A stretch of DNA of 30,830 nucleotides from Octopus sinensis (lineage: Eukaryota), in NCBI RefSeq assembly GCF_006345805.1, contig NW_021832348.1, forward strand, positions 1 to 30,830, in the 5' to 3' direction. The notes beneath the pieces are model-generated. The model did no database searches. It worked only from the letters and a program-made list of their open reading frames with translations, and was not told the origin of the DNA. This document shows positions 1-11,885 of the stretch, piece by piece. Numbering within the stretch: position 1 is the first letter of the stretch; each line of letters starts with the position of its first letter. A program made the translations under genes and the position numbers.

Positions 1-295
1 TCAATCATAGATGCATCCATCCATCTCTCCGTCTAGACATTCATCCGTCATTGCTTCCAGCCATTCATGCATCCATGCACAAACGCTACCATTCCGATGG
101 AGACGGCCTTCCTTCTATTTACCAATTTCATCAACTGTTTAAATACCTACCGCATTGTGCGGTTATATACGTATGTGTGTAATTATATTCGTACGTTTTT
201 ATCTTCTGTCTACATATGTGCGTAAATTTATCTGTGTGTATGCTTGTAATATGTGTCTATGCTTACGGAGTTAAAGAATTAGAGTCTATTCTATG

Positions 296-510
296 TTTTC
301 TTTTTGTTGCTTCAGTCATTAGACTGCGGCCATGCTGGGGCAACAGGTTAAAGAATTTTTAGTCGAATGAATCGATTCCAATACCTTTTTCTTTTGTAAT
401 CCTCGTATTTTTTTTCTATTGGTCTATGAGGCCGCGAAATGTTACGTTACGGAAACATAAACACCCTAACACCGATTGTGAAACGGTGGTGGGACAACAC
501 ACAAACACGG
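296..510 (-). mobile_element. Degenerate SINE copy (family B, tail ...gactgaaacaagtaaaag)
   Basis: ttcagtcattagactgcggccatgctgggg... is the reverse complement of the same tail motif (gactgaa..aag) seen on + at 11541-11670; matches a recalled octopus SINE consensus. Confidence 0.55.
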
Positions 511-518
511 ACACCACT

Positions 519-527
519 TATATATAT

Positions 528-605
<78 letters not shown>
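519..605. repeat. (TA)n microsatellite
   Basis: Direct reading. Confidence 0.95.
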
Positions 606-696
606 AGAGGAATGGTATTATTAAAATACCATCACAAGTGGCAAACGAATATCAGCGGGACAGGTAAATTAAAAAATATATATATACACGATGGGA

Positions 697-812
697 TTCT
701 TTCAGTTTCTATCTATCAAATCTAATCACAAGTCATTGTTTACACCGAAGTTGTAGTGAAAAGCACTTGCCCAAGATGGGACTGAATCCGGAATCATGTG
801 GTTGAGAAGCAA
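697..812 (-). mobile_element. Degenerate tRNA-derived SINE (family C); a smaller fragment lies near 1650-1700
   Basis: ttcagtttctatctatcaaatc...cacttgcccaag...gggactgaatccggaatcatgtggttg reads on the minus strand as a B-box-like head (ccacatgattccggattcagtccc) followed by cttgggcaagtgc; recalled octopus SINE consensus. Confidence 0.55.
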
Positions 813-930
813 TACTACGAGAGGTTGAGTACCAGACGAATAAAGAATAGGTAGCAGTGTTGATTTGTCCCACTGAACCCTCTAGGTGTTTCACCATGAC
901 GGTGAGTTAAGTTATTGGATTGCAGCCATA

Positions 931-1190
<260 letters not shown>

Positions 1191-1726
1191 ACGTTCGGGG
1201 CGTTTACAATTTGATTTTTGTCCTTTTGGACTCCTCACCGCTGAACTTTTAACAAGGAACAGATGGGTGAATTCACCCACACTCTGCGCCATATGTCAAA
1301 TGCCACATGTGAGACGATTTAGAAACCATTCTGCTGGAATATGGCTAACGCTAAAGAAGCTTCTGACTTTCAACTACACTCCAGAATCGTTAATGAAGTC
1401 GTTAGTATAATGAGATATGTGTCACTCTTCATTTGCATTCTGATGATGTGGCTGAAAATTCTCATGCAGATCGATACCAGAATTCAAGTTATCGAGAGAG
1501 GGGCAGTCGATGCAAATCTTTCAAATGCAGAATCGTTCGTGAAGGATTCAATATTTAAGATCTTGAAAATATATTGTTGAAAATGTTCACAAATTAAAAT
1601 TTTCACACACACACACACATAGATGCGCTTACTCACTCACTCACATATATGTACATTGGGATTCATAAGGTTTCCGTCAACCAAATCCACAAGGTTTATA
1701 CGACACTTTTTTGGAAAATGTATAAA

Positions 1727-2289
1727 TATTGGGTTGCCCGGAAAGTTCGTGCCTATTTATAATAGCTTACCTTTCGACTTATTTTAGAACATGGTTGAGT
1801 CCATAAAATAGGATTTGACTACACCTCCATTTAGAGCACAGCTTTAGCTAGCTTTTCGTGGAAGAAGGTTTATGTTCCTATAACCTGTATTAATTCTGTA
1901 ACCCTTTAAATTGGAAGAAAAGAACGTTCATTTTCGACACTTGATGCTCTGGGAACCAGACAAAAATTGCAGCAGCTCGGCTGGGATATGTTACCCCACC
2001 CTCCATATTCACCAGATATTGCTCCTTCGGATTTCCGGTCTTTGCAGAATAGTCTTAATGGTAAAAATTTCAATTTCTTGGATGACGTAAAAGGATACCT
2101 TGTTGAATTCTTTGCCATGAAACCACCTCAATTCTGAGAAGAGGGTATTTTCAAGTTAAAGGAAAGATGGAGACGCATTGTGCAACAAAATGGTTCATAT
2201 TTGGTTGTTTAAAAATGTAATGGCAAGTATTTATTGACCTTTTTTTCTTTCCTTTACAAATCGGCACGAACTTTCCGGACAATCCAATA
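1727..2289 (+). mobile_element. Internally deleted mariner (Tc1/mariner) DNA transposon, 559 bp between TA duplications
   Basis: TA at 1727-1728 and 2288-2289; 30-bp TIRs 1729-1758 (ttgggttgcccggaaagttcgtgcctattt) and 2258-2287 (reverse complement ttggattgtccggaaagttcgtgccgattt), 3 mismatches; transposase remnants inside. Confidence 0.93.
1911..2212 (+). pseudogene. Mariner transposase remnant: N-terminus fused out of frame to C-terminus
   Basis: 1911-1955 reads LEEKNVHFRHLMLWE (mariner N-terminal HFRH motif). 1955-2212 reads TRQKLQQLGWDMLPHPPYSPDIAPSDF-RSLQNSLNG...F*EEGIFKLKERWRRIVQQNGSYLVV*, with the YSPDLAPSD motif and an internal TGA at 2135-2137. Confidence 0.92.
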
Positions 2290-2736
2290 CTTCACTGCCA
2301 ACACTATTCAGTACACTGCCAATTATTTCAGTGTACTAAATCGCAGCGTTTTGAAGAGCACGATGACACGGGAAAGATGCAGTGACCTCGATGACCTTAG
2401 TATTGAGAGCAGAATAACAGGGAATATTGACTGAAATGAAATTATAAAAAAATATTCTGCATTAAAATAAAAATGAAAAATGAACGAAGAAAGAAACATA
2501 AAGTGAGTTTCTCTTGGTTATGAGAATTCTTAATTGTGCATTAGTAACTTCTGTAATCCTTGACAATGTGTTTAAACATTCATTAAATTAACAAATTAAT
2601 TAATTCAGATGTTCAGTGGGGGGTTGATTTTGACTAGTTTTGTTATTGTTATTTCGCTTCACAAAAAGAGATTGTTGATTGTTGAAAGATTGTATTCGGA
2701 AGAAATCTTTTCGAAGGAATCACCTCTAAACAAAGC

Positions 2737-2950
2737 TAGTTTCAAATTTTGGCACAAGGCCAGCAATTCTAGGAGAAATGATATGTCGATTATATCGACC
2801 TCAGTGCTCAGCTGGTATTTATTTTATCGAACACGAAATGGATGAAAGAAAATATCGACCTCAGCGGAATTTGAATTCAGAAGATAAAAACGGACGGATA
2901 TGCCGCTAAGCATTTTTCCTGTTGTGCTAACGATTCTGTCAGGTGGCCAC
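2737..2950 (-). mobile_element. tRNA-derived SINE family A, diverged copy
   Basis: Reverse complement matches the other family A copies (gaatcgttagcac...gaattcaaattccgctgaggtcga...taccagctgagcactgaggtcgatataatcgac). Confidence 0.75.
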
Positions 2951-3533
2951 TCTACGTAGCTACACAATATTAAGACATAAAACACAGAATGAAAAATTAT
3001 TGAATTCAACTTCTTTACTGCTGTATGCCTAAGTGCTGCACTACACACACACATTCACACATAAATATTATAAACACATGCATCCTGATCCTGACAAAGA
3101 AGTTTTTCCAAGGACTAATATTGAACTCTAAAAGCATGAAGACACTACAATGTATTGGTATATTATTTATTAATTCTTGTATATATGTATTATTCTTTTT
3201 TTGAAAAAAACATTGCATTTTTTTTCCCTTCCTCAACGTCACAAAAAATTTTTTTCTCCTTCCATATCTTGAAAATTTGCCTTGCTATAAAAGCTGGTTT
3301 GATTTATTTTTTCATTCTTAATTTTTCATACACCCATTTTTATTAAAATTTACTTTCAATTTACCATTCTGCCTTATTATTTTTCCTCTCCTATCATTTC
3401 TTCGTGCAGTTAACACAGCCTCACCATTTACTGACTTGTACACATATATATATATATATTAGACATGCATATCTATGTATAGACACACACACATATTAAT
3501 ATATGATGTAATGCAATGTATATATACACACAT

Positions 3534-3587
<54 letters not shown>

Positions 3588-4123
3588 TAATGTCTCGTTA
3601 CTGGTAGATCCAATAAGAAATTATTCCAACCAGTGAGAGATAATTATCATTTAATATATTCAGGATGAATATTCGAGCTATTATTATTTTTATTTTGTGA
3701 AAAGGCGATAGTGGGACAAGCTTTTATAGCCTGCGTGCATTTCCAGGCAATCTTTTAGACACAAATACACAACATGAATATTAAAAAAAAAATAGAAAGA
3801 CCATTTTATCTGAGAAAGAGATGAGACAAAACAAGAGGAATGTAAACGTAAAACGTGGAATGAGAAAAAAGAACGGAAAAATAAATGAGTTGGATCTATT
3901 TAACCCATTAGAATCATAATTAAGGTGGTGTAAATTAATTCAAGGGCGAGACGGTCAGAATGAGAATGACTGCATGCTTAATTCAGAGTGAGTGGTGTTT
4001 TTCAGTCCAATAAAAACAACTTTTCCAGATGCTTACATTTAATTCAAATTTCAGACCTAGAATTTCGTAATTCAGTATAGTTCTTACATTTAAAAGGGAT
4101 ATGAGATATTTCGCTCAAACAAA

Positions 4124-4833
4124 TCATGCATCTTTGTATCCATAGTTGTTGGCCTTCAGGTTCCAGATATGGCTAGCTAACTTCGTAAATTTCTTCTTAT
4201 CCACATTTCGAAAGAAAATTAGTGGTTTGCGTATGTTTATTTTTAAAATCACTTTCGCATGTACCAATGTTCTTTTTCTTTTGAGTTTCATTCTCTTGTA
4301 GCATCGAGGTGACTTCAGCTTCCTAAACCACTGAGATAAACATGTATGTCTAGTCAAGTGGGCAAGTTTCTTGGTCTCGACAGTTACAACTTTGAATGGG
4401 CACCTAGTGTGATCTGCGAGTGGTAATATTTTTTATGTTGGAGTAGCAGCTGTGTGAAACATTCACTGAGTGTCTATTAAAAATTTTCCTCTGTCGATGG
4501 TCATCTGGCAAATGCTTAGCTCTTAAAACCAGGAATTTTCCACCTACTTTAGAAGAGAAAGGAATGGAGTTGAACCATAATCTTCCTGGGTTTATTTTTA
4601 GGCTTCGTATTGTTAATTATAGGGTTGTAAGTTATCTTTTCTTTGAAATCACTATTAGCCAGAGCATTACTATAGGAAGGGGCTGCGTAATGGAATATGT
4701 CCTTAGAGGAGGAGCGATTAGATATCCTATTGTTGATGTTGGCTATAAGTTTTTGAATGCTATAGGGGTAACAAGAATGGTTACGTATATACGTGTTGTT
4801 CATTAAGTTTATGATTGGGTTTATAAGATCAAA
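4124..4833 (-). pseudogene. Decayed Penelope-like element: RT thumb, Cys linker and C-terminal GIY-YIG endonuclease
   Basis: Manual minus-strand translation: NNRISNRSSSKDIFHYAAPSYSNALAN...RKI / WFNSIPFSSKVGGKFL...KIFNRHSVNVSHSC (from 4577), CNC (4380-4388), CPL (4356-4364), VV*EAEV...NIGTCESDFK (GIY-YIG-like), then TKLASHIWNLK. Two frameshifts and several TAG stops. Confidence 0.85.
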
Positions 4834-5024
4834 AGCTTCTTTTTATTTCAAAGACCAGCGTCGTTTAACGTTTTTCTTTTATCTCAAAAAACAGCGATGT
4901 TGTATATTTGAGTCTGAAAGATTGCTTGGAAACGTACAGCACGCTTTACAAGCTTGTCCTAACGTCGTGTTTTCGCAACATGAAACTCATCGTAGCGACA
5001 GTTCAAATCATGTCTGAGGTAAAT

Positions 5025-5325
5025 TATACACATACACGCATACACACATGCACTCATTTATATATATATATATACTCATATATATATATGTGTGTGTATA
5101 TAAATATATATACATATATATTTGAGTATACATACATATACATGTATGCGTATATATACATATATATATATATATATATACACGTACATATCTATATATT
5201 TACCAATATATGTGTGTACGCATATTATCTAAGTATGCTTATATGTATGTACTTATTTATATATATATTAGTTTATGTACGCATGTATGTGTGTATTACA
5301 TATGTGCGCGCTCGCGCATGTGTTT
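5025..5325. repeat. Mixed (TA)/(CA)/(TG) low-complexity tract
   Basis: Direct reading. Confidence 0.9.
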
Positions 5326-5894
5326 AAAGAACTTGAATGTGTATGAGCAAGCAGGTGAAAACGATGCTCCAGGTTAACGAACGAATCTTAAAGTAACAAA
5401 CATGAAAAGCGATAAATCTTACTTGAGTTCAGCGAAAAACGTACTTCAACGATGAAAAATGACTGACAACAAAGTACAGAAAACCTACAGAAGCAGCATC
5501 GACAACAACAGCAGCAACATTAATAGCAGCTGTGGCAACAATAAGAAGAACAAGTGTAGTAACAGCAGCAACAACAACAACAACATGAGCCAGCGGAGTG
5601 CAGAGGAGGAGTCAAGTGGGTTAATTGCACTGCGGCAATGCAATAACGACGTTACAAACAAAGAAGCCTCTGCGTGGTCGTTGCTCTCGAGAACAATGGA
5701 AATAGCAGCTACATTTGCCTCGGGTCACAATCTAGCGAATTTAGAAGAAAAAAAACAAAACAACAAAGCAAAAATGACCGATGGTCATTTTGGCATCACT
5801 TTTCATATATAGCCCCAGGTGTGTGATCTGTTAGAACTGGTCCAGTGCTTAACAGCACTGTTGCTACCGCTGCGACCATTGCTTACGCTACTTC

Positions 5895-6015
<121 letters not shown>

Positions 6016-6270
6016 ATTCAAAAGATAGTGCTCATAGGAACTGCTCATATCCTACGCAAAATACTTTCTATGTAATCTCAGGGTTTAAAACAAACAATTT
6101 GTTTTTGTTTTTTGGGTTTTTTTTCGGACATTCAGTAGTACAACATAAAAGAAACCTAATATATGGCACACTAGGCATAACAACATGAACTTCTAACCTG
6201 TTGTCTCTTGAGGTCTCTGGGTGAGACTTGGAGCCAACTTGTACAAATATAAAGCAAAAGTCAAACATAG
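6016..6270 (+). mobile_element. Severely 5'-truncated R4/Dong-type non-LTR retrotransposon (last 19 codons plus about 195-nt 3' UTR) flanked by (TAA)n
   Basis: 6016-6075 encodes IQKIVLIGTAHILRKILSM*, homologous to LQKTALLGTAHILRMVLEK* at the end of the REL fragment at 21624-22083; (AAT)n on both sides. Confidence 0.8.
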
Positions 6271-6289
6271 AATAATAATAATAATAATA

Positions 6290-6501
6290 ATGGGTTACTC
6301 AACCTGAAGAAAATTCTAACTGGGCCCCACCTGCAAGGTCATGTGCTGTTTATCTTGATATGAGATCACCATGTCGCGCACATATGGTTGTGATGCATGT
6401 GCCTGGTGTACCTTTATCAGACGGGTAGTCATGATGGGTATATTGGGCTTCGTATATTTTACCCCAGTGTCACTTTGATGGCATGAACTGCTCTCTCACT
6501 C
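6290..6501 (+). mobile_element. Unclassified interspersed repeat (element R), 5'-truncated, ends in (AAT)n
   Basis: 212 bp, about 8 mismatches to the reverse complement of 21119-21330; both copies flanked by TAA arrays. Confidence 0.8.
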
Positions 6502-6569
<68 letters not shown>

Positions 6570-6570
6570 T

Positions 6571-6787
6571 AATGGTTTCAAATTTTTCCACAAGGGCAGC
6601 CATTTTGGGGGAAGTGGTGAGTCGATTACCTCGACCCCAGTGCTTGATTGGTACTTAACTTATGGACCCCGAAAGGATGAAAGGCAAGGTCGACCTTAGC
6701 AGAATTTGAACTCGGAATGTAAAGACGGACGAAATATCACTAAGCATTTTGATCGGCGTGATAACGATTCTGCCAGCTCACCGCCTT
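6571..6787 (-). mobile_element. tRNA-derived SINE family A, full-length
   Basis: Reverse complement aaggcggtgagctggcagaatcgttatcacg...ccgagttcaaattctgc (A/B-box-like head) ...ggggtcgaggtaatcgac... tail. Confidence 0.85.
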
Positions 6788-6789
6788 AA

Positions 6790-6800
6790 ACAATAATACC

Positions 6801-6845
<45 letters not shown>

Positions 6846-7012
6846 AATAATAGATGATGGCAGCAACACCTGCATCACAACGAGAGCATTAACGTTTTCA
6901 GCAGTATAACATTGCATCAAACAACATTGTGAAGACAACCGACGCCACAACTATCATTACCATCATAAACGACAGCAGGAGTAGTAGTAGTAGTAGTATA
7001 GTAGTAGTAGTA

Positions 7013-7046
<34 letters not shown>

Positions 7047-7103
7047 TCATCTACTGTTTCTGCTTTTGCTTCTGCTGCTGCTACTACTACTACGACGACG
7101 ACG

Positions 7104-7138
<35 letters not shown>

Positions 7139-7157
7139 AACTACTACTACTACTACA

Positions 7158-7189
<32 letters not shown>

Positions 7190-7343
7190 CACTTCTGCTG
7201 CTGCTGGCGCTGCTTCTCCTCCCCCTCCTCCTCCAACAACTACCACTAGCAGCAGCAGTAGTAGTATTATTATTATTATTAGTAGTAGTAGTAGTAGCAG
7301 TAGTACTTCATCTGTTTCTGTTGCTGCGTCTGATGCTGCCACA

Positions 7344-7411
<68 letters not shown>

Positions 7412-8314
7412 TACTACTACTACTACTACTAAGACTACTACTACTACCAGTGCTGCTGCTGCCGTTGCTGTTGCTGCTGCTGCTTCTTCTCATCCACCTC
7501 CTCCTTCTCCTTTTCCTACTACAACTACTATTATTACTACTACTCCAGCATTACCACCGACTCCGCTATCAACAACACTACCAGAAACAGCATTACTATC
7601 AACATCACGAACACCACGACCACCACCACTACTACCAAGAACATCGCCGTTGTAAAAAGATGTACTGCTATCACGACAGGCACTAGCATCACCCCCTCCC
7701 ACCACCACCACCACCACCACCACCAATAACAACAACAACAACAACACTGCCAATATCATTACCAAACGCAAAAACACAACCACAAACTACATCAGCAAAG
7801 CATGCACAAAGACATATCACCATTATCCGCTATCACCACCACCACCACCACCACCACCACCACAGCCACTATCAGCAAAACAAGAACAAGAACAACAACA
7901 ACAACAACAATTTATACAATGAAAATAACGATAATAATAAAAACCAACGATGACAGCAACTAAAAACACGATGGCGTAAATTTCGATTGACTAAAAATTG
8001 ATTGGAGAAGATTGAAGGTACCAAAGTTCTTCACCTTCCAATCACTCTTCGTCCTCTTTCTCTCAACTCCGCCGTACGCCACCCCTACCACCCACCGCAA
8101 AGGAAAGATCCAGAAATATAATTAGATGCTGATGATGATGATGATGATGATGATGATGGTGATGATGACGACGATGGCGATGACGATATTTTGAGGATGT
8201 TGATAATCCTAATAACAACAGCAGCAGCAGCAACAAATAATAATAATAATAATAATGATGATGATGATAATAATTACAATAATAATAATAATAATAACAA
8301 TAATAATAATAATG

Positions 8315-8382
<68 letters not shown>

Positions 8383-8962
8383 CAGAACAGCAACAACAAA
8401 AACAACCCGCGAACCCCGATCGTGATGATCGTGACAAGGGTTTCAAACCCACGTCAAATGCATCTTCTTCCAATCCAGATAGAGTTGTTAAACCCTAACA
8501 CAAGAAAGATCTGGCTGCTAATCTAATGCATTAGTCTTTAATTAGAAAGCAGTGAACCGGTAAAATAAACGCCATTTTGATTAGTCGGCCATTTTGATTA
8601 AGCGACCTCTCTCGCCAATTTATTTATTTATTTATTTATTTATGTCGCTGTGTAGTTCGCTGCTTTTTATTTTATTATTTATAATGTTTATATATTTGTT
8701 TTTGTTTCTTCTTGGTTTCTTTCTCTCTTTTTTTTGTTTGATTGATCGATTTATTGTATTATTTATTGTTTGTTGATTTGTCGATTTCCTCCTCCTCCTC
8801 CTCCTCCTCCTTATTATTATCATTATTATTATTATTATTATTATTAATATTAATATTATTATTATTATTATTATTATTATTATCATCATCACCACGACCA
8901 CCACCACCATCATCGTTGTCATCGTCAGCACCATTCTTCTTATTTTTCTTCTTCTTCTTCTT

Positions 8963-9039
<77 letters not shown>

Positions 9040-9320
9040 TATCCTCATCACCATCATCATCATTACTACTACTACTACAACTACTACGACTACTACTACA
9101 ACTACTACTACTGCTGTTGCTGCTGCTTCTACCGCTGCTGCTGCTGCTGCTGCAGCTATTACTATCGTTATTATTGTTGACATTCTTGTTATTGTTACTG
9201 TTGATGAGGCTATTTTCATTAAGATTATCAACATCATCACCAACATCGTCATCATTATCATCATCTCCGTTGTCATGATCACTATTGTTGTTGTCATTGT
9301 TGTTGTTGTTGTTGTTTTTT
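6790..9320. repeat. Mosaic of trinucleotide microsatellites (ACC, AAC, GTA, CTA, CTG, GAT, AAT, TTA, TTC, CCT) with short unique islands
   Basis: Direct reading; explains the homopolymeric ORFs between 6917 and 9402. Confidence 0.95.
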
Positions 9321-9479
9321 TATTAATGCAATTCGTGTGTTTGCATGACGCTGCGATGGCAGGCAAGAACGAGAAAAACAAAAACAAAACACACACAAAC
9401 ACTCAAACACATTTACAAAGAAAGAATGGAGGCCTCACATAAATGTATAGGATGTGTTAGAATCAGCAAATACGAGGGT

Positions 9480-9496
9480 TGGCTGGACGGTCGGCA

Positions 9497-9546
<50 letters not shown>

Positions 9547-9572
9547 TTGGCTGGATGGGTGGACGGATGGCA

Positions 9573-9646
<74 letters not shown>

Positions 9647-9815
9647 TTGGCTGGATGGGTGGACGGATGGCTGGCTGGCTGGCTGGCTGGCTGGTTGGCT
9701 GGTTGGCTGGCTGGCTGGCTGGCTGGCTGGTTGGCGGGCTTACTGGCTTGTCGGCTTGCTGGCTGGCTGGCTGGTGGGATGGGTGGACGGTTGGCAGGCT
9801 GGCTGGTTGGCTGGT

Positions 9816-9850
<35 letters not shown>

Positions 9851-10108
9851 TTGGCTGGCTGGTTGGCGGGCTTACTGGCTTGTCGGCTTGCTGGCTGGCT
9901 GGATGGATGGGTGGACGGATGGCAGGCTGGCTGGCTGGCTGGTTGGCTGGTTGGCTGCTGGCTGGCTGGCTGGCTGGCTGGTTGGCGGGCTTACTGGCTT
10001 GTCGGCTTGCTGGCTGCTGGCTGGATGGGTGGACGGATGGCAGGCTGGCTGGTTGGCTGTTGGCTGGCTGGCTGGTTGGCTGGCTGGCTGGCTGGCTGGT
10101 TGGCTGGT

Positions 10109-10139
<31 letters not shown>

Positions 10140-10260
10140 TTGGCGGGCTTACTGGCTTGTCGGCTTGCTGGCTGGCTGGCTGGATGGGTGGACGGATGGC
10201 AGGCTGGCTGGTTGGCTGGTTGGCTGGCTGGCTGGTTGGCTGGCTGGCTGGTTGGCTGGT

Positions 10261-10299
<39 letters not shown>

Positions 10300-10420
10300 T
10301 TGGCGGGCTTACTGGCTTGTCGGCTTGCTGGCTGGCTGGCTGGATGGGTGGACGGATGGCAGGCTGGCTGGTTGGCTGGTTGGCTGGCTGGCTGGTTGGC
10401 TGGCTGGCTGGTTGGCTGGT

Positions 10421-10459
<39 letters not shown>

Positions 10460-10552
10460 TTGGCGGGCTTACTGGCTTGTCGGCTTGCTGGCTGGCTGGA
10501 TGGGTGGACGGATGGCAGGCTGGCTGGTTGGCTGGCTGGCTGGTTGGCTGGT

Positions 10553-10583
<31 letters not shown>

Positions 10584-10695
10584 TTGGCGGGCTTACTGGC
10601 TTGTCGGCTTGCTGGCTGGCTGGCTGGATGGTTGGACGGATGGCAGGCTGGCTGGTGGCTGGCTGGCTGGCTGGCTGGTTGGCTGGTTGGCTGGT

Positions 10696-10726
<31 letters not shown>

Positions 10727-10925
10727 TTGGCTGGCTGGTTGGCGGGCTTACTGGCTTGTCGGCTTGCTGGCTGGCTGGCTGGATGGATGGATGGATGGGT
10801 GGATAGATGAATGGATGGATGGATGGATGGATAGATACATGGATAGACGGATGGATGTAGGGATAATTAGATGTATGCAGAGTTTGGATGTATGGATGTA
10901 TGGATGTATGGATGTACGGATGGAT
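9480..10925. repeat. (GGCT/GGTT)n array with higher-order 119-160 bp units, grading into (GGAT)n
   Basis: The 28-nt anchor ggcgggcttactggcttgtcggcttgct starts at 9733, 9865, 9984, 10142, 10302, 10462, 10586 and 10741; second motif ggatgggtggacggatggcagg recurs between anchors. Confidence 0.95.
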
Positions 10926-10965
10926 GCTGTGGTAAAAGTGTGTGTTGTATAAGGAATAGAGTGAC

Positions 10966-11120
10966 CGACAGCCAGCCAGCCAGCCAGCCAGCCAACCAGT
11001 CAGTCAGCTAGGCAGACAGATAGACAGACAGATAGACAGACAGACAGACAAACAAACAGACAGATGGACGGACAGACAAACTGACTGACGGACAGACAGA
11101 CAGACAGGCAGACAGGCTGA
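10966..11120. repeat. (CCAG)n and (GACA)n tract
   Basis: Direct reading; CCAG is complementary to the upstream CTGG array. Confidence 0.9.
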
Positions 11121-11540
11121 CAGGGTCAATCGATATGTCAGGTAAATTGATGAAGAGACTAACATGAAGTGATTGAGTGCTAGAAAGCAAGACAGACTGT
11201 CTGTCACATAAATAGACTAGTAGGCAGACTATTATACATACACACTGCTATACACACACACACACACATTGTATATACATACATACATTTATACATGCAC
11301 ACATGTGTATATGTGTGTGGGGGCGGACACTGTGTAGTGTATGTAAGTATTGGTGCAGTGTGCGTATGGTTGTTTGTGTTGAGCACATGTGTGTGTGTAT
11401 ATGCAAGTATGCAGCTGAAAATGATGGGTAAAATATCCTTCTTAATGAATACGTCTTTTTCAGACATTAGACTGAATCCCTGATTAGGCACCGCCTTCAA
11501 GAACATTTGTCGAACGAATTAATTCTTATGTCCTCATAAC

Positions 11541-11670
11541 ATAGCGGTTCGGCGAAAGACACCAATGGAATAAGTACCATATTTAAAAAAAATAAGTACT
11601 GGGCTCGATTCTTTCGACCAAAATTCTTCAGTCTAACGACTGAAACAAGTGAAAGATCAAAGGTAAAAGC
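11541..11670 (+). mobile_element. SINE family B, 3' part
   Basis: agcggttcggcgaaagacaccaatggaataagtacc...aataagtactgggctcgattctttcgac...gactgaaacaagtgaaaga; homologous to the minus copy at 296-510. Confidence 0.6.
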
Positions 11671-11686
11671 CATGTGTCAAATGTCT

Positions 11687-11885
11687 TCACTGTTTAACGA
11701 TATCACTCCTGAGCACTCCGGTCGTTTCATCGATGATTGTATTGGTGCAACCTCACTCTCCCTCGAACATCTCCATTTCTTCCACCTTTTACCTGCCCTT
11801 CCAGCCTGCTCTTGAAACCTCCTATTCTGCTTCCAAAACCACCGTTAACGTCCTTGGCATTTCCGTTGCAATCAAACGCTCATTT
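11687..11885 (+). pseudogene. Penelope-like reverse transcriptase catalytic-core fragment
   Basis: SLFNDITPEHSGRFIDDCIGATSLSLEHL (FIDD at 11726-11737, the RT YxDD motif), then after a frameshift FQPALETSYSASKTTVNVLGISVAI, resembling the PLE RT motif FHPALxFT...VNFLDISV. Confidence 0.8.

Noticed and set aside
1264-1279. 16-bp perfect palindrome tgggtgaattcaccca; also the CRE-containing palindrome acatgacgtcatgt at 13319-13332
   Set aside because: Isolated short palindromes with no supporting context.
1436-1470. CTGATGA...GAAA hammerhead-like core
   Set aside because: Only 7 nt between the cores with no stem II, and no stem I or III pairing. Other CTGANGA hits checked (about 6304, 13844, 19383 minus, 20128, 21486 minus, 26024, 30204) also fail to fold.
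6917-9402. Poly-L/V/N/Y/S/I ORFs
   Set aside because: Translations of trinucleotide microsatellites; no domain content.
9733-10770. CRISPR-like appearance (constant 28-nt repeat with variable spacers)
   Set aside because: The spacers are GGCT/GGTT microsatellite rather than unique sequence; eukaryotic context; no cas genes.
9345-10952. Three long ORFs (443-535 aa) of GWLA/LAGW repeats
   Set aside because: A GGCT tetranucleotide array has no stop codons in any plus frame; openness in all three frames is the signature of a repeat, not a gene.
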